From the NCBI GenBank assembly GCA_040905565.1, contig JBBDRF010000088.1, positions 1 through 64,000 of the forward strand: a DNA stretch of 64,000 nt. The letters are read 5' to 3'. Position numbers and translations under genes: made by a program. Shown in pieces: positions 38,043-46,085 of this stretch; within the stretch, counting starts at the first letter, position 1; every line of letters starts with the position of its first letter. The notes under the pieces are model-generated. The model did not search any database. It worked only from the letters and a program-made list of their open reading frames with translations, and had not been told where the DNA came from. The DNA comes from Phycisphaeraceae bacterium (GTDB lineage: Bacteria > Planctomycetota > Phycisphaerae > Phycisphaerales > Zrk34).

Positions 38043-38432
38043 ATGGAAAACGAACATCCGAACGACGGCATCGTGCTGGACCGCTACCCGGCGAAGCTTC
38101 ACCCCGGCGACATCGACGCGCTTATCGACGTGACGGCGGGACCGATCAACAAGCGATGCCCGAAGCTTGCCCGCTGGATGGCGGGATGGCTTCACGCGGA
38201 GGTTGACCGGCGCAAGGTTAACGAGCTGGCGAGCGAGCCGATGGAACCGACGCTCCCCGCGTTCAACGCTTCGACCTGGACCAACGGCGAGCTGGCGGAC
38301 GCGACGCACATTACCTTCGCGGTGCTGGCCGCGATGGAAGATCGCCCGAACACTTACGACATCCTCGCGAACATTCACAGCATCATTCTCGCATGGGCGG
38401 CGATCCGCCTGCGCGAAACGTCGGGGGCGTAA
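38043..38432 (+). CDS. Hypothetical protein upstream of the capsid gene
   Basis: Open 129-aa ORF; TATTCT -10-like box 6 nt before the ATG; alternative start at 37992. Confidence 0.6.
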   Translation: MENEHPNDGIVLDRYPAKLHPGDIDALIDVTAGPINKRCPKLARWMAGWLHAEVDRRKVNELASEPMEPTLPAFNASTWTNGELADATHITFAVLAAMEDRPNTYDILANIHSIILAWAAIRLRETSGA

Positions 38433-38529
38433 CACGCTTACCGGCCCGCTGTCGAGGCTTGCCCAACGGGCCCGACTGAGGCAGCGACCACAACGCAAAA
38501 ACTAGGTTCATTAACAAAGGCGGCAAAAT

Positions 38530-39969
38530 ATGCCTCAGACTACAGACTTCAATGCAACGGAAACGGTAGCGACTCTGAGTGATCGCTATACCAAACTCAC
38601 CGCACGGGCTCGCGCCGGGCGTCCTATCTCATCGGCCGACTTCGCAGACATCAAGCGCGAAGCGTTGGCCGTCTCCGATGGCGTCGATGCGATCGACAAT
38701 CCGACGGCAGACGACGAAGCGGCAGCGCGTGAGGCGCTGACCTTGGCCGATGCGGCGGCGGCTCGGACCGAGCTTCAGGCTGGCAAGCAGCGCGGGCATC
38801 GTGGCGTATCGTCAAACAGTGGGGGCGTGCTGGATGGCGACGGCTTCGAGAGCAAGCGTCGCGAGGTGGTGGTCGAGGGCAACGAAATCTGGCGACCGCT
38901 TCACCACTACAGCGCGTCCGATCTGTCCGACCTGGACGACCACGGGTTCGACGGGGTGAATGATTACCTTGCGGCGATCGTGCGGGCGAAGACGGGGCAA
39001 GGTTTCGATTCACGGCGCCAAACTGGCGCGACCGAGTTCCAAGCGGCGAGCGGGCAAAACAAGGGCTCCGACCCTTACGGCGGCTTCCTCGTTCCCGCAC
39101 GATTCGCGGCGCAGGTGACGATGAGCAGCGACGAAGAAAACCCCTGGCTGCGGATGCGGCGAGAGTTTCAATCGGACTCGGGCAACCTGAGTATCCCGGC
39201 GCTTGAGGATCGCGACCGTTCCTCAGAAGACGTCGGCGGTTTCGCGCTGTCGCGACTGAGCGAGGAAGGTGCCGTCGCCGATCAGAAGGTAAGCTTCCGT
39301 TCGCAGAAGCTCCAGCTTAATAAGGCGGGCGGGCTCGTTCGCGTTTCGTCCGAGCTTTTGGAAGATTCGGCCGTCGGCGTCGAAACCTTCCTCAACCAAG
39401 TTTTCGGCCGGAGCGTCGGGCTTCTCCAGTCTATGGACTTCATCAACGGTACGGGCGTTGGCGAACCGCTGGGCGTTCTCAATGCCCCGGTTCTTCACAC
39501 GGTCGATGCGGAAGGTGGACAAACCGCCGACACCATCGAAGGTGCGAACCTCATTAAGATGAGGCAGCGTTGCAGAAACTACGATCAGGCGGTTTGGTTG
39601 ACGCACACCGGCACGCTCGATCAGTTGACGCAAGCACATATCGCCGGGACGAACAGCGACCGATTCTTGTTCTCGCCGGGCAACGGCACCGACACCCCCG
39701 ATACCATCATGGGCAGGCCCGTCTACTTCAGCGAGGCCGCGCACCTGCTGGGCGACAAGGGCGACATCATGCTCGTGGTGCCGAGTCAGTACGGCTACAT
39801 CCAGAACCCGTTGCGCATCGACATGAGCATGCACGCGGCGTTTTCGACGGATCAGCTCGTCTTCCGCGTCATCACGCGAGACGACGGCAGGCCGATGCAC
39901 ACTTCGACTCTGCAAGATGCACGCGGCTACGAAACTTCGGAGTTCGTGACGCTGGCCGAGCGAGCTTAA
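38530..39969 (+). CDS. HK97-family major capsid protein with a long N-terminal delta-like region
   Basis: GGFLVP, VRVSSELLEDS, FINGTGVGEPLGVLNA, TIMGRPV.F.E, F.TDQ..FR...R.DG.P. Confidence 0.92.
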   Translation: MPQTTDFNATETVATLSDRYTKLTARARAGRPISSADFADIKREALAVSDGVDAIDNPTADDEAAAREALTLADAAAARTELQAGKQRGHRGVSSNSGGVLDGDGFESKRREVVVEGNEIWRPLHHYSASDLSDLDDHGFDGVNDYLAAIVRAKTGQGFDSRRQTGATEFQAASGQNKGSDPYGGFLVPARFAAQVTMSSDEENPWLRMRREFQSDSGNLSIPALEDRDRSSEDVGGFALSRLSEEGAVADQKVSFRSQKLQLNKAGGLVRVSSELLEDSAVGVETFLNQVFGRSVGLLQSMDFINGTGVGEPLGVLNAPVLHTVDAEGGQTADTIEGANLIKMRQRCRNYDQAVWLTHTGTLDQLTQAHIAGTNSDRFLFSPGNGTDTPDTIMGRPVYFSEAAHLLGDKGDIMLVVPSQYGYIQNPLRIDMSMHAAFSTDQLVFRVITRDDGRPMHTSTLQDARGYETSEFVTLAERA

Positions 39970-40014
39970 TAGCGACAATCACCGGGGCTTGTCTACCCGG
40001 TGTTATTCCTTGAG

Positions 40015-40047
40015 CCCCTGGCGCGTGAGAGCGCGTCCGGGGTTTTT
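40015..40047 (+). terminator. Intrinsic terminator after the capsid gene
   Basis: CCCCTGGCGCGT-GAGA-GCGCGTCCGGGG followed by TTTTT. Confidence 0.65.
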
Positions 40048-40073
40048 CAGACACACCCCCAGCGACGGAAGGT

Positions 40074-41180
40074 ATGGGCATGGCTAACGGCGATGGCGTC
40101 CAATTCACGCGGCGATCGGCTAAGAAGGTGGCGGACGTGGTGCGGCATGTTCACAACACACCCGCCCGCGCCATTCCGCGTCGATCGAAGGTACGGTCGG
40201 CAGAGCGGCCGATTATGTTCTTCAAGATCACCGACGAGACGGACGGCGAATACTCGCTCAAGCTGCAGCGCTACAACGTCACGTCAAACGCGTTTGAGGA
40301 CGACGACCGCGACATCACCCACGATACCGCAGCGGTGGCGTTCAACGGCGAGACAGGCGTACCCACCGATAGCATCGTGCCAACGTGGATCGTGGGGCGG
40401 GATGGTGATAGTAAGACCCGACTAGCGTTTGTGCCGCCTGCGAAGACGGCAATAGCCCCTAACAAGTCTCAGCGGTTTACATCCGACGGCAGCTTCACGC
40501 CACCGAGCAACGCGACCGTGTGTTACTGCCTCGCAATCGGCGGCGGCGGTGGTGGTGGGAGCGGCGGAAACGCAACAACCAACACTATCGCGGGCTCAAG
40601 CGACAGCCTCTACATTGGCGGCGCTGGTGGCGGCGGTGGTGCTCCGGGCGGGGCTACGCTTATCACTTTCGACCCGGCCCGCGTTGATTCCATCGACGTC
40701 GCCATCGGCCAAGGCGGAGACGGCAGGGTTTCTGGTGGCGCGACCGGAACGAACGGCGGAACGACGGAACTGCTGTTTGACCATGGCGACAGCATAACAA
40801 CCACAATCCAAGTCGCTGGCGGGAGCAAAGGCGGGAGCGCCTTAACAAGCACGGGCAGCACGGTACGGCCGGGGCGCGGTGGGTCTGGATCGACGGTAGG
40901 CGGCGCAACGGCGCTCAGCAGCACGCGACTTGTTTCAGGCGAGTATTCCATCTTTGCGCTGGCGTATGGCAACAACTACGGGCGAGACGGGCAGCAGGGC
41001 AGCGTAGGGACAAACAGCGACGCCGAGGCCGGGTTCGGGGGGCTAGGTTCATTGCCAATAGCCCAATTTGGATCGAGCGGCCTAGGCGGATCTGGCGGCG
41101 ATGGATCAACGGACGTAAGCACGGCATCGAACGGCGCATCAGGCAGCAACGGCGTCGCAATCTTCTATTGGGCTGAGTAA
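40074..41180 (+). CDS. Glycine-rich domain protein, phage fibre/decoration-like
   Basis: FTSDGSFTPP..YCLAIGGGGGGG, GGGGGAPGG, VAIGQGG, GTNGGTT, GASGSNGVAIFYW; ~120-aa non-Gly N-terminal domain. Confidence 0.7.
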   Translation: MGMANGDGVQFTRRSAKKVADVVRHVHNTPARAIPRRSKVRSAERPIMFFKITDETDGEYSLKLQRYNVTSNAFEDDDRDITHDTAAVAFNGETGVPTDSIVPTWIVGRDGDSKTRLAFVPPAKTAIAPNKSQRFTSDGSFTPPSNATVCYCLAIGGGGGGGSGGNATTNTIAGSSDSLYIGGAGGGGGAPGGATLITFDPARVDSIDVAIGQGGDGRVSGGATGTNGGTTELLFDHGDSITTTIQVAGGSKGGSALTSTGSTVRPGRGGSGSTVGGATALSSTRLVSGEYSIFALAYGNNYGRDGQQGSVGTNSDAEAGFGGLGSLPIAQFGSSGLGGSGGDGSTDVSTASNGASGSNGVAIFYWAE

Positions 41181-41213
41181 CACGGCGACGATGCCCGTTA
41201 AGACCTTCCGAGC

Positions 41214-41282
41214 CCCGCCCGGCTGGTTCCACCCTTCGATCGCGCTGAAACGCGGCAGGGGCGAACGTCGGGCGGGTTTTTT
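41214..41282 (+). terminator. Long hairpin terminator after the Gly-rich gene
   Basis: CCCGCCCGGC...GTCGGGCGGG followed by TTTTTT. Confidence 0.6.
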
Positions 41283-41285
41283 GCC

Positions 41286-41902
41286 AGCCTCGCAGCCATC
41301 CGCGACCAGAAGCTTTACAGAGCGGAGTACAAGACGTTCGAGGCGTACTGCGAAAGCGATGGGAACTTAGCAGGCGAAGGGCGTATCAGCTTATCGAATC
41401 CGCTGAGGTATCTGAAAATGTGAAAAATTTTTCACAAAACGATCCGCCCGGAAAGGAGTCGCACACGAAGCCCCTCGCCTCTCTCCCCAAAGACCAACAA
41501 GCCGACGGAGACGCCATTCTCTACAGCGTCGGGGCGAATGCTGACCACGGGCTTCGGCGGACCAACGCAGACAAGCGGGCATCTGTTGAGACGTTGTTGG
41601 CGGATGATGAGTGGGCGAAGTGGAGCGACAACAAGATTGCCAAGGCGTGCGGGGTTAGCCCAACAACAGTCGGCACCGCTCGGTCGTCACTTTCCAATTT
41701 GGATAGTGAACCCCGCACCTACACCGACCGCCACGGCAACACGTCCACCATGAACACCAGCAACATCGGTCGGCGCAAGGTGACGTCCGTTTCCGACAAC
41801 GCGCCACCTGACGACTCCCCCACCATCGACGACCAAATCGGCGGCGGCCGCCGGTATGGCTGGCCGAGCGTTGACCCGTTCGGAGGGCGTGACGATGGAT
41901 AG
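41286..41902 (+). pseudogene. Chimeric remnant of two phage DNA-binding protein genes (IRDQKLYR..TFEAYC type and a ParB-like C-terminal HTH)
   Basis: SLAAIRDQKLYRAEYKTFEAYCE, frameshift near 41354, RWELSRRRAYQLIESAEV, then ANADHGLRRTNADKR..WSDNKIAKACGVS. Confidence 0.6.
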
Positions 41903-41972
41903 CGTGGATATCTGCGCGGCCGTGCTGGCGCTGCTTCTCGCAGTGGCGGACGCTCGGCGACGGCTCGGCTGA
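41895..41972 (+). CDS. 25-aa hydrophobic peptide
   Basis: GGAGG SD at 41882; MDSVDICAAVLALLLAVADARRRLG. Confidence 0.4.
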   Translation: MDSVDICAAVLALLLAVADARRRLG

Positions 41973-42136
41973 CCACCACGACCGGAACTAATACAAGCGC
42001 TTGCAATACTTCCGAACTGCCCGACTGCCGCGTCAAGGTGCAGCCAATAGAGCATCAAAAGCGCACCGGCCGTGCGCATTCTCAACAGCACAAAACGGCG
42101 GCACGGCTGCCCCCACCACCCCACCAACCACCCACG

Positions 42137-42161
42137 GCCCCGTCGCAAGGCGGGGTTTTTT
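42137..42161 (+). terminator. Intrinsic terminator at the right end of the element
   Basis: GCCCCGTC-GCAA-GGCGGGGT followed by a T-run. Confidence 0.75.
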
Positions 42162-42183
42162 ATGCGCTGTGTTTTGCGGTGAT

Positions 42184-42203
42184 GGTAGCACCGAGGTAGC
42201 GCC
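42184..42203. promoter_or_regulatory. Putative integrase arm-type binding sites (right arm)
   Basis: GGTAGCACC at 42184 and GGTAGCGCC at 42195, the same 11-bp period as the left pair. Confidence 0.7.
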
Positions 42204-42229
42204 CCGATGCGGTGATTTTCGTAAGTCAA

Positions 42230-42302
42230 AGCGGGCGAAGGGATTCGAACCCTCGACATTCAGCTTGGAAGGCTGACGCTCTACCAACTGAGCTACGCCC
42301 GC
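42230..42302 (-). tRNA. tRNA-Gly (anticodon TCC), CCA not encoded
   Basis: GCGGGCGTAGCTCAGTTGGTAGAGCGTCAGCCTTCCAAGCTGAATGTCGAGGGTTCGAATCCCTTCGCCCGCT folds as a canonical cloverleaf. Confidence 0.97.
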
Positions 42303-42315
42303 GTGAAGCCCGCGC

Positions 42316-42345
42316 ATTGTAGCATTGGCTCGCGCTGGATTGCAA
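42316..42345 (-). promoter_or_regulatory. Sigma70-type promoter of tRNA-Gly
   Basis: TTGCAA-N18-TACAAT with a TGn extension, 13 nt upstream of the tRNA. Confidence 0.7.
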
Positions 42346-42471
42346 CAAGCCGCGAGGATTGCCCAACTTGTCGTCGGTTTGTAGCGCGGCAAGCCCGGCG
42401 GTCCGTGCTCAAGGCGTGACGGATCAGCTTCCTGCGTGAGCGCGCATGGTACGACGCGCAGAATGGCGGGC

Positions 42472-44481
42472 TTAGCGGTCGTGTTTTTGCCAGGGCACCG
42501 CGCCGCCGCGCTGGATATGCGCCCGCAGCGCCCGGCGGAGTTCGTTGTAGATGCCGCGGTACTCGTCGGCGAGGTTGGTCGTCTCCAGCGGATCGTTCGC
42601 GAGGTCGAACAGTTCGAAGGGCGCGTCGTGGCTGTTTTTGACCAGCTTCCAGTCGCCGCGGCGGGCCGCCCAGATCGTCAGGCCCATGTAGCGATTGCCC
42701 TCGCGACGGACCCAGAACAGGTCGCGGTCGATCTCCTGGTCCCACCCCTCCAGCAGCGAGGGGTGGATGTTGACGCCATCGATCGAGCGATTGTATCGAA
42801 CGCCGGCCAAGCGGCAGAGCGTAGGCACCAGATCCATCGACAACGCGACGGTGTCGCTGGTGGAGCCAGGCTGGATCTGTCCAGGCCAGTAGGCGGCGAA
42901 AGGTACACGGATGCCGCCTTCGTACATGGCCTGCTTGCCGCCGCGCAAGTCGCCGTTGCGCTGGGCGTGGGGGATGGAGCCGCCGTTGTCGGAGGTAAAG
43001 ATGACCAGCGTGTCCTCCGCGACGCCCGCCTGCTGCAGCGCGTCCATGAGCCGGCCGATCTCGTGGTCCATGTGCTCAATCAGCGCGACGTTGTTGGCCC
43101 GGTCATCGTCGATCTCACCCTCGCGTTCCTGCACGCGATGGAGCCATTCGTCCGGCGGCTGGATCGGGAAGTGCGGGGCAAAGTGCGACATGAACAGGAA
43201 GAACGGCTCGTCCGTCGCCGCTTGGGCATGGACGTAGTCGACAGCCCAGTCGGTGAACAACTCGGTTGCGTGCGTGCCCTGGGTGTCGATCGTCTCGCGG
43301 TTGCGCTGCATGAAGTTGACGCCGCGGCGGCGATGGTCGTAATAGTCGTCCATCATGTCGCCGATCCAGCCGTGGAAGTAGTCGAAGCCGTGGGCGTTGG
43401 GGTGATTCTCCGGCTCTGCGCCCAGGTGCCATTTGCCGATGAGCGCCGAGTGGTAGCCGGCCTCCGCGAGCATCTGCGGCAGCAGGACGGCGTGGGGATC
43501 GAGATAGCCCCAACTGTTGGACGGACTGTGCGCCCGGATCACGCCCGGCACGCCGACCAACTCTTGGTAACGACCGCTGAGCAGGGCGGCTCGCGTCGGG
43601 GAGCAGACGGTGGAGTTGGCGTAGAAGTGATCCATGCGCAGGCCTTCGTTGACGAGGCGGTCGATCTGCGGCGTCTGCATGTCGTCGGCGCCGTAGCTGG
43701 AGAGGTCGCCGTAGCCCAGGTCGTCCGCGAGAATCAGCACGATGTTGGGCGGGTCGACGTCGACGGGATCGAGCGGCTTGAGGCGCGCGTCGTCGATCTC
43801 CAGCCGCATGGGCGCTCCCGCATGAAGCTGGAACGCGAGAATTCCCTGCCGCCGGGCCTCGGGACCGTCGTCCACCAACTCGCTTATACGGTGGCCGTTG
43901 ATGTAAATCGTCATCGTGTTGCCGCGGGCGACGACGTGGTAATCGGTCCAGACGCGATCGTCGAACTTTTCGTTGAGTTCGCCCTCGTCGGCGAAGCGGG
44001 TCGTCTCGCGCGAGCCGTCTGGGGCGATGACCGTGCGCTCGCCGCGACGGGCGAGGGGCCCGCGGCCGCGTTCCTCGTATGACATGCCGGTGATGTGCTC
44101 GGCGATGGCGATGTCCGGCTGGTAGCCGGCCACGACGTAATCGCCGGCCTCCTTCAGCCAGCGTGAGCGAATCTGCACGCCGGAGTTGCCCTGCTCGCTG
44201 ACGATGCGATAGCGGAACTTCAGTTCGAAGTCATCGACGAGGCCGTCGCCCCAGATGAGGAAGGTGTTCTGCTCGGGCTGGTGCTCAAGGCTGTCGGCGA
44301 CAATGACACCGTCCTCCACGCGCCAGAAGCGTTCGTCGCCAACCCAGCCGTCGAGGCTCGCGCCATCGAACAGCGGCTTGAAGTTGTCCTTCGCGAGCGC
44401 CGCGGGGCCTGCGAGCAGCAGGGCAAGCAAAAGGCTGAGAAAAGCAGGACCGATGGGATACGGCAAGTGCGTGCGAATCAT
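42472..44481 (-). CDS. Secreted DUF1080-sulfatase fusion
   Basis: Signal peptide; LFDG..LDGW, DFELKF..NSGVQIRS, FQLH (DUF1080); ADDLGYGD, CSPTRAALLSGR, GKWHLG, TSDNG. Confidence 0.92.
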   Translation of the reverse strand: MIRTHLPYPIGPAFLSLLLALLLAGPAALAKDNFKPLFDGASLDGWVGDERFWRVEDGVIVADSLEHQPEQNTFLIWGDGLVDDFELKFRYRIVSEQGNSGVQIRSRWLKEAGDYVVAGYQPDIAIAEHITGMSYEERGRGPLARRGERTVIAPDGSRETTRFADEGELNEKFDDRVWTDYHVVARGNTMTIYINGHRISELVDDGPEARRQGILAFQLHAGAPMRLEIDDARLKPLDPVDVDPPNIVLILADDLGYGDLSSYGADDMQTPQIDRLVNEGLRMDHFYANSTVCSPTRAALLSGRYQELVGVPGVIRAHSPSNSWGYLDPHAVLLPQMLAEAGYHSALIGKWHLGAEPENHPNAHGFDYFHGWIGDMMDDYYDHRRRGVNFMQRNRETIDTQGTHATELFTDWAVDYVHAQAATDEPFFLFMSHFAPHFPIQPPDEWLHRVQEREGEIDDDRANNVALIEHMDHEIGRLMDALQQAGVAEDTLVIFTSDNGGSIPHAQRNGDLRGGKQAMYEGGIRVPFAAYWPGQIQPGSTSDTVALSMDLVPTLCRLAGVRYNRSIDGVNIHPSLLEGWDQEIDRDLFWVRREGNRYMGLTIWAARRGDWKLVKNSHDAPFELFDLANDPLETTNLADEYRGIYNELRRALRAHIQRGGAVPWQKHDR

Positions 44482-44595
44482 GATGGGTGCTCCGATCAGA
44501 CTAAAATAAGTCCAGCGACTCGCTGAGGGTACGCATGTCGTGGCCCAGCACAAGCGATGCCTTGCGAGCCGGTGGCTCAGAACACGCCGACTCGC

Positions 44596-45876
44596 TCAGA
44601 GCTGTGCGATCACGTCCGCCGGTTCGCCGTTGAGGACGACGGTGAAGTGGGCGGGGCCGACGGTGATCACGTCGCCTGGCTGGAGGATCACCGGATCGGT
44701 GATCGGCTCGTCGTTATGCAGCGTGCCGTTGCGTGACTTGAGATCGTGAAGAACGAGTTGCCCGCCGGCCATTTCGAGGCGACAGTGGTTGCGTGAGACG
44801 CTGACGGCGGGCACGCGCACATCGCACTGCTCATCCCGGCCGAAGATCATGGCAGGCCGGTCGACGGGGATGGCGGTGTGGTTGCCGTTCTTTCGCAGCA
44901 GCACAAGCGACGCCCGCATCGGCTGGGGACGTGGCTGAGGGCGCATGCCGACGGCCGTGTCTGAGGAATCGGGCCGGGGCAGTTCCTGCGTCTCGGCGGA
45001 GGCGTAACGGAATTGCTCCTCGTCTTGATCGTCGTCGGCCTGTTTGAACTGCTGCCGAAGCATCTGCCGCATGCGTGCAAGGCGTTCCCGCCGATGTTGC
45101 TGGCGACGCGCCACCGCCTCCCGCTCAGCGGCAAAGGCGGCCCGCTCCCGCTCAAGTTCCTCACGAAGCTGCTCAAGAGCCTGGCGTTCCTGCGCGAGCT
45201 TCGCCTGTTGCTGATCAGCCTGATCCTGCGCTTCCTCGTGCATTTGCTGGGCCTCCCTCCGGAGCGTCTGCGATGCCTCGTCGGCAGTGGCGAGCTCCGC
45301 TTTCTCCCGATCAATTTCCTGTCGCTGCTGCTGAAGTTGTTCGTGCTCCCGCTCCAGTTGTACGCGAAACTGGTCCAGTTGTGCCACGTCATCCTCAAGC
45401 GATCTGCGTTGCTGTTGAAGCTCGGTCGCCTGTCGGTCCAACGCGGCAACACGTTCTGCCTGCGCTGCCTCGGTGCTCTCGATGGCCTGCTGACGCTTCT
45501 GAAGCTCCGCCGTCAACGGGGCGAGGTCGGCCTCCTGCCGCTGCGCGTCGGCGAGCCGTTGCTCGGCCTCCGCTGCGATCGCATCGGCCTTCTGGCGGCT
45601 GATATGAACCTCACGCATCTCCGCACCGAGACGAAGCTCCTGGTCGGTCAGCTTGCGATGGGCCTGGTCGATCTCAATGCGTTCCTGCTCCATCGCAGCG
45701 CGTTCAAGCTCAAGCTGCTGACGCTGAAGTTTGAGCTTGCGCTGATTCTGCCCAAGCGTTCGACGGTTCTGCTCGATCGCAGCAAGGCGATGGCGAACCT
45801 GTCGAAGCTGACGTTGCAACGCCATGCTGTCGGTTTGCAGCGAGGCGTCGGTGGGGGAGTTCACAGAATCGCTCAT
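44596..45876 (-). CDS. Coiled-coil protein with a C-terminal FHA domain
   Basis: Long Q/E/R heptad region; FGR..CD...VSRNHC..DLKSRNGT. Confidence 0.85.
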   Translation of the reverse strand: MSDSVNSPTDASLQTDSMALQRQLRQVRHRLAAIEQNRRTLGQNQRKLKLQRQQLELERAAMEQERIEIDQAHRKLTDQELRLGAEMREVHISRQKADAIAAEAEQRLADAQRQEADLAPLTAELQKRQQAIESTEAAQAERVAALDRQATELQQQRRSLEDDVAQLDQFRVQLEREHEQLQQQRQEIDREKAELATADEASQTLRREAQQMHEEAQDQADQQQAKLAQERQALEQLREELERERAAFAAEREAVARRQQHRRERLARMRQMLRQQFKQADDDQDEEQFRYASAETQELPRPDSSDTAVGMRPQPRPQPMRASLVLLRKNGNHTAIPVDRPAMIFGRDEQCDVRVPAVSVSRNHCRLEMAGGQLVLHDLKSRNGTLHNDEPITDPVILQPGDVITVGPAHFTVVLNGEPADVIAQL

Positions 45877-46085
45877 GCGGTACGAACCTTGTGCGGACGT
45901 GGCGATGCTTCACAGCCGGCGGCCGCAGATCATGATATGACATCACCGGACGTGAGAACAGGTGCGGCGGCGTAGATCGCCACCTGAAGTATCGAGCACG
46001 TTAGAATGCCGGCCGTGGACCGTGGCGCCGCCGAGGCGCTGGTCCCGCACCTGCCATTCCTGATGAACACCCAGCGAGGGAGACG

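Larger units (their letters stand above)
33033..42273 (+). mobile_element. Integrated PICI-like phage satellite (~9.2 kb) at tRNA-Gly
   Basis: att repeats; intact integrase, AlpA-like HTH, helicase, HNH and capsid genes; no recognisable terminase, portal, tail or lysis genes. Confidence 0.85.

Noticed and set aside
40074..42227. Diversity-generating retroelement acting on the fibre-like gene
   Set aside because: No reverse transcriptase and no TR/VR repeat pair with adenine-specific mismatches were seen.
33033..42273. Complete prophage, cf-PICI, gene transfer agent or encapsulin locus
   Set aside because: No recognisable terminase, portal, protease, tail or lysis genes. The integrase, att and replication context argues against a GTA or encapsulin.
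44596..45876. SMC subunit or tape-measure protein
   Set aside because: Coiled coil without Walker motifs, ending in an FHA domain and lying outside the element.
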